Positions 36,191 through 48,300 of a DNA stretch of 64,000 bases are shown here, one piece after another; positions within the stretch are counted from its first letter, which is position 1; every line of letters begins with the position of its first letter. The position numbers and the translations under genes were made by a program. The notes beneath the pieces were generated by a model, which saw only the letters and a list, made by a program, of their open reading frames with translations, had not been told where the DNA came from and ran no database searches. Source of the DNA: Pristiophorus japonicus (taxonomy: Eukaryota); the NCBI RefSeq assembly GCF_044704955.1, contig NC_091998.1:17050001-17114000 (forward strand), given 5' to 3'.

Positions 36191-36347
36191 ACTTTTGACC
36201 ATCTGTAATTTAACCTGTATTCAGAACTTTTATATAGCTAGATATTTCAACAGATATTTTAATGACTGAACTTTGGCATTCATTTTCCTTTGAAAGTATG
36301 AATAAAAAAATAACTTTTACAAGTAGTCAAATTTAAATGCAAAATCT

Positions 36348-37075
36348 CATTATCGTCATTGGCAATCCTCGGAATCGAGGAAGACTTGCTTCTACTCTTA
36401 GAATGAGTCCTTAGGTGGCTGAACAGTCCAATATAAGAGCCACAGTCGGGACAGACAGTCGTTGAGGGTAAGGGAGGGTGGGACAGGTTTGCCGCGCGTT
36501 TCTTCTGCTGCCTGTGCTTATTTTCTGCATGCACTCGGCGATGAGACTCAAGACGCTCAGCGCCCTCCCGGATGCACTTCCTCCTCTCAGGGCTGTCTTT
36601 GGCCAGGGATTCCCAGGTGTCGATGGGGATGCCGCACTTTATCAGGGAGGCTTTGATGGTGTCCTTGTAACCTTTTCTCTGTCCATCCTTGGCTCGCTTG
36701 CTGTGAAGGAGTTCAGAGTAGAGAGCTTGCTTTGGGAGTCTCGTGTCTAGCATGCGGACTATGTGGCCTGCCCAGCGGAGCTGATCAAGTGTGGTCAGTG
36801 CTTCAATGCTGGGGATGTTGGCCTGGTCGAGGACACTAATGTTGGCGCATCTGTCCTCCCAGCGGATTTGTAGGATCTTGCGGAGACATCATTGATGGTA
36901 TTTCTCCAGCGACTTGAGTGTCTACTGTACATGGTCCATGCCTCCGAGCCATATAGGAGGGCGGGTATTACTACAGCTCTGTAGACCATGAGCTTGGTGG
37001 TAGGTTTTAGAGCCTGGTCTTCAAACACACTCTTTCTCAGCCGGCCTAAGATTGCGCTGGTGCACTGGAGGCGCT
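36348..37075 (-). mobile_element. RTE-clade LINE, 3' fragment
   Basis: TKLMVYRAVVIPALLYGSEAW, DTRLPKQALYSEL, CPDC..IGLFSHLRTH, short 3' UTR with (ATG)n-like tail. Confidence 0.88.
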
Positions 37076-37404
37076 GGAGTGGAACTAAACTACAGAACCA
37101 GTGGGAAGCTGTTTAACCTCTGCCGCCTCCAGGTCAGGTCTAAGATCACCCCAACCTCTGTCGCAAAATCTAGAGTAATTGTGAAAAATGGAATTGAAAA
37201 TTGTTGATTTTACTTAAAAATGTTCTCTCTCTTTAAACTATATTTTATAACTGAAGATTACAGAGAATACAGCACGTGACACACACATAAATAGTGTTTC
37301 AATTGTGATAGTTGCCTTTCCATTTAAAGCTTTTCTCTTCAGGCTTCTTGGGATTGTGTCGAGAATATAACAGCATTTACATAAATCACAATCAACATCA
37401 CTAC

Positions 37405-37580
37405 AACAAGTTATCTGGTCATTATCACAATGCTGTTTGTGAGAGCTTGTTGTGAGTAAATTGGCTGCCACATTTCCTACATTAAAACAGTGACTACACT
37501 TCAAAAAGTACTTTGTAAAGCACTTTGGGATGTCCAGTGGTCGTGAAAGGCATTATATAAATGCAAGTTTTTCTTTTTTT
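37405..37580 (+). mobile_element. Deu-domain SINE (SacSINE1-like), 3' half
   Basis: ttatctggtcattatcaca..tgctgtttgtg..aaattggctgc..tttcctacatt..cagtgactacacttcaaaa..tatataaatgcaag. Matches the copies at 49.3-50.1 kb and 53.8-54.3 kb. Family name is from recall. Confidence 0.7.
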
Positions 37581-38094
37581 TTAAATCTAGAATATATGGT
37601 TGAGGTGAATTTCAGGGTGTAATTACCCACCAGTGAAGCAATTTCTGTTTCTTTGCAATGGCAAAGTTGAAGCAAAAACACAGTCAGTTAAGTCATCTGA
37701 TTACCAATTGCACAAAGGAAAACTCACAGCGGCTGGGGGTTTAAAACCCAAAGTGCAAATCCTTGATTGTAGTCTAAACTGTTCAAGTTCCAAACCCTTC
37801 ATTCTATTGCAGGCTGCATTGTCAAGTTATGTCAGAATTTTATGAGGCTTGAACACTAGTTTCAGAAAAAAAAAACGGAGAAGGTGGTTGGTAAAGCCAA
37901 TGTAAATCAGCTCTCAAAACTCAGATAAAGCGAGAACAATTTACTCTCAGTTCATTGTATGCCGTGTAAATACACGCTCAGAAGTGTATGTGATCTAAAG
38001 CTCATTTCAGACAAATATATGCACTGGCTTGCACACTGAACAGTTTACATACAAACCTAAAATCAATGACAGGCCACGTCATTCCCTAGTCATA

Positions 38095-39368
38095 CCGCCT
38101 CGAGTGCGCCAGCGCAGCCTTCGTTCGCCTGAGGAAGAGTGTGTTCGAGAATCATGCCCTCAAATCTGGCACCAAGCTTATGGTTTACAGGGCTGTAGTG
38201 ATACCCGCACTCCTGTATGGCTCAGAGAACACCAGCGGCAGGTCGGGGCCATAAAAGCAGAGTTGGTCAGCCTGGGAACAGTGTGGAGGCCACTTCAGGG
38301 AGCAGCGCAAGCTGGTACAGAAGGGCGACGGCAGTGAAGAGTGACATCATCAAGGTGCAGGTCGGTGATTTGAGCATGAGCAGATACAGCGAGAGACTGT
38401 GTAGGGATGTGATCGGGGCCCAGGAGAGGCACGAGTTCGGGGCCAGGGACAGCACGGACCAGCCCACACTGCGATGTTTGCGCACACTAGGTCCGTGCAG
38501 CAGAGCGGGTCTCCAGTCGTCTTGGGTAACCTTTGCCACTAGACCAAGACTGAGCTCTATCAAGCCCGTGTGGTGGCTGGTGTGCAACGGCCACCCCACG
38601 TTAAAAAAATCCACGTACAGGCATCTTCCACCCTTCAGGATATAGTTCAGAACCTAGAATATTAAGTCCGTCATTGAAACACTTGTGAACTCATCCTTTT
38701 TTGGCGTGGAAGCAAGTCATCCTCGTTTCGAGGGACTGCAAATGATGAGGAATGCTCAGAGACATGGACCATATACAGCAGACACGTCAAATCGTGAAGA
38801 AATACCACCAACTATGTCTCCGTAAGATCCTGCAAATCCCCCGCGAGGACAGACGCACCAACGTTAGTGTTCTCGTTCGGATCAACATCCTCAGCATCGA
38901 AGCAGTGACTATACTCGACTAGCTCCATTGAGTGGGCCACATTGTCCGCATGCCTGACACAAGACTCGCAAAGCAAGTGCTCTACTCGGAATTCCTACAC
39001 GGCAAGCGAGCCCTAGGTGGACAGAAGAAATGTTTCAAGGACAGCCTCAAAGCCTCCTTGATAAAGTGCAACATCACCACCGACATCTGGGAATCCCTGG
39101 CCCAAGACCACCCTCAGTGGAGGAAGAGCATCCAGGAGGGTGCTGAGCACCTCAAGTCTCGTCGCCGAGAGCATGCAGAAAACAAGCGCAGGCAGCGGAA
39201 GGAGTGTGCGGCAAACCAGACTCCCCACCCATCCTTTCCTACAATGACTGTCTGTCCCACATGTGACAGAGACTGTAATTCCCATATTGGACTATACAGT
39301 CACCTGAGAACTCACTTTTAGAGTGGAAGCAAATTTTCCTCGATTTCGAGGGACTGCCTATGACTGAG
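38095..39368 (+). mobile_element. RTE-clade LINE 3' fragment, split by an insertion at 38229-38753
   Basis: ALLYGSE|TWT is continuous across the insert. GHIVRMPDTRLAKQVLYSE..CPTC..HIGLYSHLRTHF. Tail gtggaagcaa..cctcgatttcgagggactgcctatga. Confidence 0.9.
38229..38753 (+). mobile_element. Non-autonomous RTE-tailed retroposon (SINE-like, bipartite)
   Basis: 9-bp TSD GCTCAGAGA (38220-38228, 38754-38762). The last ~50 nt match the RTE tail. The body is homologous to 61075-61380 and 63410-63730. Confidence 0.85.
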
Positions 39369-40070
39369 TGACACGTAGAATCACGTGTTTTGATCTCAGC
39401 TAGGACCAGTAGGTATACTAAATTTGACCTTGGTGCTCTGGGACAGCAAACCTGGGCAGCAGGGAGAGAAAGAAAAAGTCAGCATGATTTCAATTTCTTA
39501 TTGTGATCCCTACTGAAAGTGTATGTGTGGACATCAGTTGAAAACAGGATTATGATAGGCTGTGGTCAAATGATCAAAGAACTTATTAACAGTCACTGCC
39601 ATGACTCAAGTGCATAATGCTACTTGGACAAGGCAATGAAGAGTGCCGGTTACCTGTGGAATCATATCCCAGCAATGAGTCAAATATGTATAAGCACATA
39701 CACATCTATTTAATATACACAAACTTTTTTTTTTCTCTTACCTTGCATTAAAAATAGCTAGTCACATCAAACAATGCAAGTTGCTTGGGAAATTGATGAG
39801 GCTATTGATTAAGAAAAACAAAAACATTGAGGTTCAGCCATGCAAGAATCTGTTTGCTACAAGGATGGCAGAGGTAAGCTCAGCTGAGATTTGTGATTTT
39901 TCATAAGATGAGGAATTGGTCTATGCATTTCCTTCACCAGGCAAATCCACTGAGTAGCCTTACATAATGACAATTATTCATAGTTTTCTTACCACAGATT
40001 AAAGTGTTAATTATTGGCTGATAAGCATTTTATGCTGCTCATTAAAGCTCTTAAGTCCAAATAGTGGTAG

Positions 40071-42343
40071 TCCTAATCTGAGGTAGGATATTTTTGCTTT
40101 TGAGGGAGCACAGCGAAGGTTCACCAGACTGATTCCCGCGATGGCAAGACTGACATATGAGGGGAGACTGGATCAACTAGGATCGACTTGTATTCAATGG
40201 AATTCAGAAGAATGAGAGGGGATCTCATAAAAACATATATAATTCTGACGGGATTGGACACGTTAGATGCAGGAAGAATGTTCCCGATGTTGGGGAAGTC
40301 CAGAACCAGGGGTCACAGTCCAAGGATAAGTGGTAAAACATTTAGGACTGAGATGAGGAGAAACTTCTTCACACAGAGAAACATAGAAAATAGGTGCAGG
40401 AGTAGGCCATTCGGCCCTTCGAGCCTGCACCACCATTCACCTCCATACCCCTTGATAGCCATAAGGGCCATATCTAACTCCCTCTTGAATATATCTAACG
40501 AACTGGCATCAACAACTCGCTGCGGTAGAGAATTCCACAGGTTCATGACTCTGAGTGAAGAAGTTTCTCCTCACCTCGGTCCTAAATAGCTTACCCCTTA
40601 TCCTTAGACTGTGACCCCTGGTTCTGGACTTCCCCAACATTGGGAACATTCTTCCTGCATCTAACCTGTCCAGTCCCGTCAGAATTTTATATGTTTCTAT
40701 GAGATCCCCTCTCATTCTTCTAAACTCCAGTGAATACAGGCCAGTCGATCCAGTCTCTCCTCATATGTCAGTCCTGCCATCCCGGGAATCAGTCTGGTGA
40801 ACTTTTGCTGCACTCCCTCAATCACAAGAATGTCCTTCCTCAGATTAGGAGACCAAACTGAACACAATATTCCAGGTGAGGCCTCACCAAGGCCCTGTAC
40901 AACTGCAGTAAAACCTCCCTGCTTCTATACTCAAATCCACTAGTTATGAAGGCCAATGTTCCATTTGCCTTCTTCACCGCCTGCTGTACCTGCATGCCAA
41001 CTTTCAATGACTGATTTACCATGACACCCAGGTTTCATTGCACCTCCCCTTTTCCAAATCTGCCGCCATTCAGCTAATATTCTGCCTTCATGTTTTTGTC
41101 ACCGAAGTAGATAACCTCACATTTATCCACATTATACTGCATCTGCCATGCATTTGCCCACTCACCTAACCTGTCCAAGTCACCCTGCAGCCTCTTAGCA
41201 TCCTCCTCACAGCTCACACCGCCACCCAGCTTAGTGTCATCTGCAAACTTGGAGATATTACACTCAATTCCTTCATCTAAATCATTGTTGTATATTGTAA
41301 ATAGCTTTGGTTCCAGCACTGAGCCCTGCGGCACCCCACTAGTCACTGCCTGCCATTCTGAAAAGGACCTATTTATCCTGACTCTCTGCTTCCTGTCTGC
41401 TAACCAGTTCTCTATCCACGTCAATACATTACCCCCAATACCATGTGCTTTGATTTTGCACAACAATCTCTTGTGTGGGACCTTGTCAAAAGCTTTTTGA
41501 AAGTCCAAATACACCACATCCACTGGTTCTCCCTTATCCACTCTACTAATTAAATCCTCAAAAAATTCTAGCAGTTTTGTCAAGCATGATTTCCCTCTCA
41601 TAAATCCATGCTGACTTGGACCGATCCTGTCATTGCTTTCCAAATGCGTTGCTATTTCACCTTTAATAATTGATTCCAACATTTTCCCCACTATCGATGT
41701 CAGGCTAACCGGTCTATAATTCTCCATTTTCTCTCTCCCTCCTTTTTTAAAAAGTGGTGTTACATTAGCTACCCTCCAGTCCATAGGAACTGATCCAGAG
41801 TCGATACACTGTTAGAAAATGATCACCAATGCTTCCACTATTTCTAGGGCCATTTCTTTAAGTACTCTGGGATGCAGACCATCAGGCCCTGGGGATTTAT
41901 CGGCCTTCAATCCCGTCAATTTCCCTAACACAATTTGCTGACTAATAAGGATTTTCTTCAGTTCCTCCTTCTCGCTAGATCCTCTGTCCCTGACTATTTC
42001 CAGAAGGTTATTCGTGTCTTCCTTTGTAAAGACAGAACAAAAAGTATTTGTTCAATTGGTCTGCCATTTCTCTGTTCCCCATTATAAATTCACCTGATTC
42101 TGACTGCAAGTTGTGGGCATGTGGAATTCTCTCCAACAGAAATTTGTTGGGGCCAGTTTGTTAAATATATTCAAAAGGGAGTTAGATGTGGCCCTCATGG
42201 ATAAAGGGATCAAGAGATATGGAGAGAAATCAGGAATGGGGTACTGAAATGCATGATCAGCCATGATCAAATTGAATGGTGGTGCAGGCTCGAAGGGCCA
42301 AATGGCCTACTCCTGCACCTATTTTCTACGTTTCTATATTTCT
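40071..42343 (+). mobile_element. CR1 3' fragment (40071-40379 and 42110-42343) split by an antisense CR1
   Basis: FFTQR|VVGMWNSL (cagaga|gttgtg) rejoins across the insert. 3' hairpin and tail at ~42280-42343. Confidence 0.9.
40380..42109 (-). mobile_element. 5'-truncated CR1 LINE
   Basis: ORF 41074-41784(-) RT with NYRPVSLTS, FADD. Reverse-complement tail gaaacatagaaaataggtgcagg. Confidence 0.95.
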
Positions 42344-44107
42344 TTGATAGAATGGTTTCACACACATTAAAGAAGACATCAATGGATACTGTGTAAAATA
42401 ATATCCAAATTCAGAGTAATAATATAGGGAGTAATAGTATTTAATCCACTAGACATATTTTATTATAACAACGTAATCATTTTAACCCATGTCCAAGTGG
42501 TTTAATAAGGCCCACCACTACTTACTCGAGGCAACAAGGAATGGGCAATAAATGTGGACTTGTCAGTGTCACCCACATCTTGTATCTATACCCTTTGATA
42601 TCTGTCTTCTTATAATTGTTTATCTAATTGCCTCTTAAATGTCATGATTGACTCTGCTTCAATCATCACTTGTGGAAAAGCATTTTGTATCCTAATAGCC
42701 TTTTCCATGAAAAAAAATTACTTCTAATCTTTCTCTTTATTGTTCTACTAGTAATCTTAAATTTATGCCTCCCATCACTGATTCACCAACCAGCAGAAAT
42801 AATATTTTACTTTCTCAAATGATTTTATAATTTTGAACAATTATATTATATCCCCCATTAGCTTTCGCTGCTGCTGTGAATATAGTCCTAGTATCTTAAG
42901 TCTATTATTATTATACCACCGCAGTTCTGGTATCTTGTGAATCTACATTTCATCTTTTGTGATACTTTAATGTCCTTTTAAAAATGATCTGCCCAAAACC
43001 ATACACAATACTCTGTTACCTAACAACCTTGTATAGATTCACCATCAATGCTACATTTGTACTTGATGCCCCAATGTAAATAAATCCTAGATCCCTATTT
43101 GCTCATGGCTTTTTTCACTTGCAATTCCAGCATTAAATAGTCTGGGTACCTCCTTCCATAAATACATGTTCCTCTACTCCATTGAAAATGTTACAATTGG
43201 AGGTATTTTTTTCTAGTCACTATCCTTCACCCCAGAATGTACTACTTTACATTTACAGTTAAACTGCATTTGCCACATATCTGTCCAAGCTCTTAACCCA
43301 TGTCCTTCCATAGTCTCCTGCATTCATCAGTTTGTCTTTTCCCATAATTTAGTGTTAACAGCAAATTGTAATGATATTCCCTCAACACCAACATCCAAAG
43401 CATTTGTGTATATGGAGAATAAGAAAAGTTCCAACACAGATCCTGGGACATTTGAAACCATGGGCCCAAGTTTCAGCCTCAGTTGCTCCTGATTTTTTGG
43501 AGCAACTGGTGTTGAATGGACTATCTTAGAAATTCAAATTCTCGTCATTTAGCTTGTTCCAGTTCTAGTCAGTTAGAACAGTTTCACTTTGGAACAGAAT
43601 TTTTTTTTCAAAAGGGGGCGTGTCCAGCCACTTACGCCTGTTTTCAAAGTTTCGGCAATGAAAACTTACTCCAAACTAACTTAGAATGGAGTAAGTGAAG
43701 ATTTTTGTACGCGCGAAAAAACCTTGTCTACACTTTAGAAAATCAGGCGTAGGTTACAAATGAGGCGCAGGGAATGGGGGGGTTTAAAGGGAAGTTGACA
43801 AACATTAAACACTTCAGTTTTACAAATAAAGAGCCATCATCAATAATAAATGATAAAAACATCAATAAATCAACCAATAAATCAATCAAAAAAAATTAAT
43901 AAGAAATAATTTTTTTTTAAATCAATAAATAAAACATTTTCTACTTATTAACTGCAGCACCGGGAGCCCTCCAACAGCGTGTTGGGATGCACCTGCACCT
44001 CCCACCCCCCCCCCCCCAGTGTGTCTCTGTCAGTGTCTCTATCTCTCTGTCCGACTGTCTGTGTGTGTCTCTCACTCTGTCTGTCAGTGTCTGTGTTTCT
44101 GACAGTG

Positions 44108-44746
44108 AGGGGAGGGGGAAGAGATGGGGGAGAAGGNNNNNNNNNNNNNNNNNNNNNNNNNNNNNNNNNNNNNNNNNNNNNNNNNNNNNNNNNNNNNNNN
44201 NNNNNNNNNNNNNNNNNNNNNNNNNNNNNNNNNNNNNNNNNNNNNNNNNNNNNNNNNNNNNNNNNNNNNNNNNNNNNNNNNNNNNNNNNNNNNNNNNNNN
44301 NNNNNNNNNNNNNNNNNNNNNNNNNNNNNNNNNNNNNNNNNNNNNNNNNNNNNNNNNNNNNNNNAAAGGGAGAGAGGAGAAGGGGAAAGGGGGAGAGGAG
44401 AAGGGGAAAGGGGGAGGGAGAGGAGAAGGGGAAAGGGGGGGAGAGAGGAGAAGGGGAAAGGGGGGAGAGAGGAGAAGGGGAAAGGGGGGGAGAGGAGAAG
44501 GGGAAAGGGGGGGAGAGGAGAAGGGGAAGAGATGGGGGGGAGAAGGGGAAGGAGAGGGGGGAAAGGAAAGGAGAAGGGGGAAAGGAAAGGAGAAGGGGGA
44601 AAGGAAAGGAGAAGGGGAAAGGAAAGGAGGAAAGGAAAGGAGATGGGGGGAAAGGAAAGGAGGAAGGGGGGAAGGGGAAAGGGGGGGAAAGGAGAAGGGG
44701 GAAAGGGGTAAAGGAGAAGGGGGGTAAAGGAGAAGGGGGAGGGAGA
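44108..44746 (+). repeat. Polypurine (G/A) low-complexity tract spanning an assembly gap
   Basis: Units like GAGAGGAGAAGGGGAAAGGGGG, almost no pyrimidines. Confidence 0.95.
44137..44364. other. Assembly gap (N)
   Basis: Run of N. Confidence 1.
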
Positions 44747-44787
44747 CTTCGGGCAGGGCCCGTATCCAGCACCAGAATTACAGGTAG

Positions 44788-45320
44788 GTGGGGTCGGGTC
44801 GGGTCCGGGGTCGGGAGCGCGGGTCGGGTCCGGGGTCAGGAGCGCGGGTCGAGTCGGGTCGGTTCGGTTCGGGTCGGGGGTGGGGGCAGAGGGAGGTCGG
44901 GTCGGGTCGGTTTGTGTCGGGAGCGGGGGGAGGGAGGTCAGGTTGGGGAGGTCAGGTTGGGTCAGGTCCGGGCGGTGGGAGGGAGGTCGGTTCGGTTCGG
45001 GTGGGGGGAGGGAGAGGGAGGTCAGGTTGGGTGGGGAGCGCGGGTCGGGTCCAGTCCGGTCCGGGGGTGGGGTGGTGGTGGGGGCGAAGCGGGAGTCGAG
45101 TCGGGTCGGGTCGGGTCGGTTTGTGTCGGGAGCGGGGGGAGGGAGGTCAGGTTGGGGAGGTCCGGTTGGGTCGGATCCGGACGGTGGGAGGGAGGTCGGT
45201 TCGGTTCGGGTGGGGGAGGGAGAGGGAGGTCAGGTTGGGTGGGGAGCGCGGGTCGGGTCCAGTCCGGTCCGGGGGTGGGGTGGTGGGGGGGGGGGGGAAG
45301 CGGGAGTCGAGTCGGGTCGG
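44788..45320 (+). repeat. G-rich (GGGTC)n-derived minisatellite with a ~209-bp tandem duplication
   Basis: tttgtgtcgggagcgggggga at 44911 and 45120. Confidence 0.9.
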
Positions 45321-48300
45321 GAGGAAGCAGGAGCTGGGTGTGGGAGGCAGCCTTATGCACGCAGCCCCAGTGAGGCCATTCAGCCAGGGCTAGGGGCTGC
45401 GTGCTTCGGGTCCCTCCCACACAGTTTTGGGCGCTTGGAGCTACTGCACATGCGCGCCCACTGTAGCGCGCATGTGCAGAGGTCCCGGCACTGTTTTCAG
45501 TGCAGGGACCAGGCTCTGCCCCCTACAGATCGTGCTGCGCCGCGCCCGACTCCAGAGGACCTGCAGGGAGCCGGAGAGTCTGTAAGTTTTTTTTAGGCGC
45601 ACTTTGTGGCGCGAAAAACAGGCGTCCAGGTCGGGGCTGCGCCGTTCTAGGCGCGGCCTGAAACTTGGGCCCCATATTTTGCCAATCTGAAAAACATCTA
45701 TTTACTTCTAATCTCTGCATTCCTTCCCTCAACGATCAATATATGCATGTAGTCATATCAAAGTCTTTGCAACAAATCTCTTATACAGATCATTTTAACA
45801 ACAATACCACATCTACTATATTCCCTTTGTCTATACACATTTCCTCAAAATAATTCATATTAAATTAGTCCATACCTTTGTAAACTTCTAAACGTTATCC
45901 CTTGTTATAGTCTCTGAGTTTATCTGCCACCAATGTGAGGAAAACTGATCAATGATTACTTAGCTTATGCATTTCACAAGGGTTTAAGTATTTGCCATCT
46001 TCCAATCCTTTGGTACAATTCCAGATTCCAAACAATTTTGGAATGTTATAGTTAGTGCCACTGCTATTTAATTATTAATCTCCCTCAGCATCCTGGAGCA
46101 CAGACCATTTGAGCCTCGTGACTTGTCAACTTTATGTCCCATTAATTATTTTGTTATTTACATCTATTATTAGTTGTGCTTCAATGTCCTCCTCTGGTAT
46201 TCCTGCAGTTTTTCCTTAACCCACCTTTGTAAATAGATTAAAAAAATTAAGCATATCTGTCATTCTTCTATTTTCTACTATAAGATGTTTTCTTCAACTT
46301 TTAATGGCCACACCCTTCCTCGACTTGCTTCTAATATAGTTATTAAATATTTTCTATTACCTTTAAGTTCCTTGCTAGTATCTTTCATAATCTCTTCACT
46401 CTTCATCTCCCTTTTTATTTCTCTTCTGCACCTGCAGTGGTTTTCTTCTGTATTTGGAGCATTAATTTAAAATACGGCTCCTTCTTGGCCTAAATTTTAA
46501 CGTAATCTCTCTATTCATACATAACATTCTGGCATTTTGCAATTTTCTTGTGCCTGATCAATGTTAGCAGTCTGTACTCTAACTATCTCATTCTTAAGTA
46601 TTCCACACTGCTGGACCACTGTTTTATTTACCTACTTTTGCATCCAATTATATCCTGTTAGGAAGGATTTTTTAAAAATGTTAAAAACAAGATCATTCTG
46701 CCTAACTCAGTTTTGTTGCAAAATAAATTGTCTAAAATTGCGATGGAAAGCAAGCTTAAAAACACACATTATTGTATATTAAAGGAATTATTTTTAGTAA
46801 ATAAGCAAAGCAACTTTGTGAAATTAAAGTCACTAATTTTGTTTTCTGCCCAGAATTTGACATTGATATCTCAGAAGCATAACTCTGTAGCATGTAGAAT
46901 TCTTATGTTCTTGAAAGCTGCATCTTCAAAGCATAGGACCAGGTTAGGGCCAGTTCTTCACTCCAACAGGTAGTTTACATCTGGTTAATTGATCATTTTT
47001 AATTTCAACTTCACATGTATTTAGCTGCTTCTCTCATCAGCATCACCCTAGGCAAAAAAATAAACCATTTTATTCACTTTTGCCCACCTAACTTCCCCCT
47101 ACTAGGAAGATCATTACCCATCTCAGTAGGGGCCTTACTCATGAGAAATGAGAATATTTACCCTATGACCACCAGATCCTTTCAGCCCAGCTGCCTGGCT
47201 ACTCATGCATATCCACTAATATTCCAGTGTATCCTACTGATTAGCTTCCTCCTAAACCATTAACTCAACGATAATGTAATGTCCATACATGGCCCCCTCA
47301 GTAGGTGTAGGTGATTTTTCTTCAAAACAAAATGACTTGTTTGCAGTTTTAAAAGAAGTATGTTCTATAAATATTATTTATGAAAGGGGAAAAGAATAAA
47401 TTGTACAATTGTAATAATTTAAAAGCACAAGCTTCATTGTATGTAGCTCGAACAGTACCACAGTGTCTATGCACAAACAGCCAAATTAGGTATTAGTCAT
47501 TCTCAATAACAGGTACACACAGAAGGTAAAAATGATTTCTGATTGAAATCTAATTCTTAATTTAGGATTAGAGTCAGTTTCAGCAAATGCTGAGTTAGAC
47601 AAGAATATAGTGTACTCGCGCACCAACCTAGAGGTCCATAGAAGCGCAGACATTGATTTCCCATGCCTTTCAGATCCAAAAGTTAGCCATTACCACACGA
47701 GAGAGAATTAAGGAATTAAAATGGAAGGAGAGCTATCTCTGGGTCAGTTATCTGACTCCTAGTTTTTGGCCCAAAAGATTTAGAAACAAAGAATTTGCCT
47801 TTCTCCTTCACAGCAAGGCACATATCCAGATAAAGAAAAAAAACAAGAGGTTCCATTTCCAAACTGAACAACACATGCAGTATTTCAACATGTTTCACGA
47901 AAAACATTTGGACTGAAAGCCAGTAATTCCAGCATCATTATTTATTGCAATCATAATCCCATATTAAACAATCATTACAAGTACTGGACCTATCATTTCT
48001 TACAAAGCTGGAAGTTTTAAATAGCAACACAAGAGACTGGATGGTGCAGGAAACATAGTCATTTCACCAGTGGAACTTGGGTCTGAATCTTGCCCAGTGT
48101 GACACAATGACACTCTCCTGTCTGTCAAATGTAAGAGTACCAAGACTCCCAAGTAAAATTAATTTGATCCCTCCAAATATTCCTAGGTGTGTACGAGTCC
48201 ACAGCACAGAGCTGATTAGAATTCACCATTAATGGGGAAGGGTTAGTTCTATTCACTATTTGTAGCAAAGCCAAACACACATAAGGGACATTCCTCCTGT

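Larger units (their letters stand above)
43462..45672. mobile_element. Non-autonomous TIR DNA transposon, PIF/Harbinger-like
   Basis: Perfect 15-bp TIR GGGCCCAAGTTTCAG / CTGAAACTTGGGCCC. 3-bp TSD CAT (43459-43461, 45673-45675). No transposase seen. Confidence 0.85.
42575..46700 (-). mobile_element. Very old CR1-like LINE, split by the TIR element; ends approximate
   Basis: Reverse-complement remnants of GVP-GSVLG (ccaacacagatcctgggaca, 43431-43450) continue after 45675 (gccaatctgaaaaacatctattt). Other degenerate CR1 blocks on both sides. Confidence 0.55.

Noticed and set aside
39737-39825. Minus-strand segment with good splice signals
   Set aside because: All three frames contain stops. It could only be non-coding and has no other support.
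43948-45596. Long G/E/R/K-rich and P/F/S-rich ORFs up to 464 aa
   Set aside because: Low-complexity DNA lacking stop codons, and several read through an N gap.
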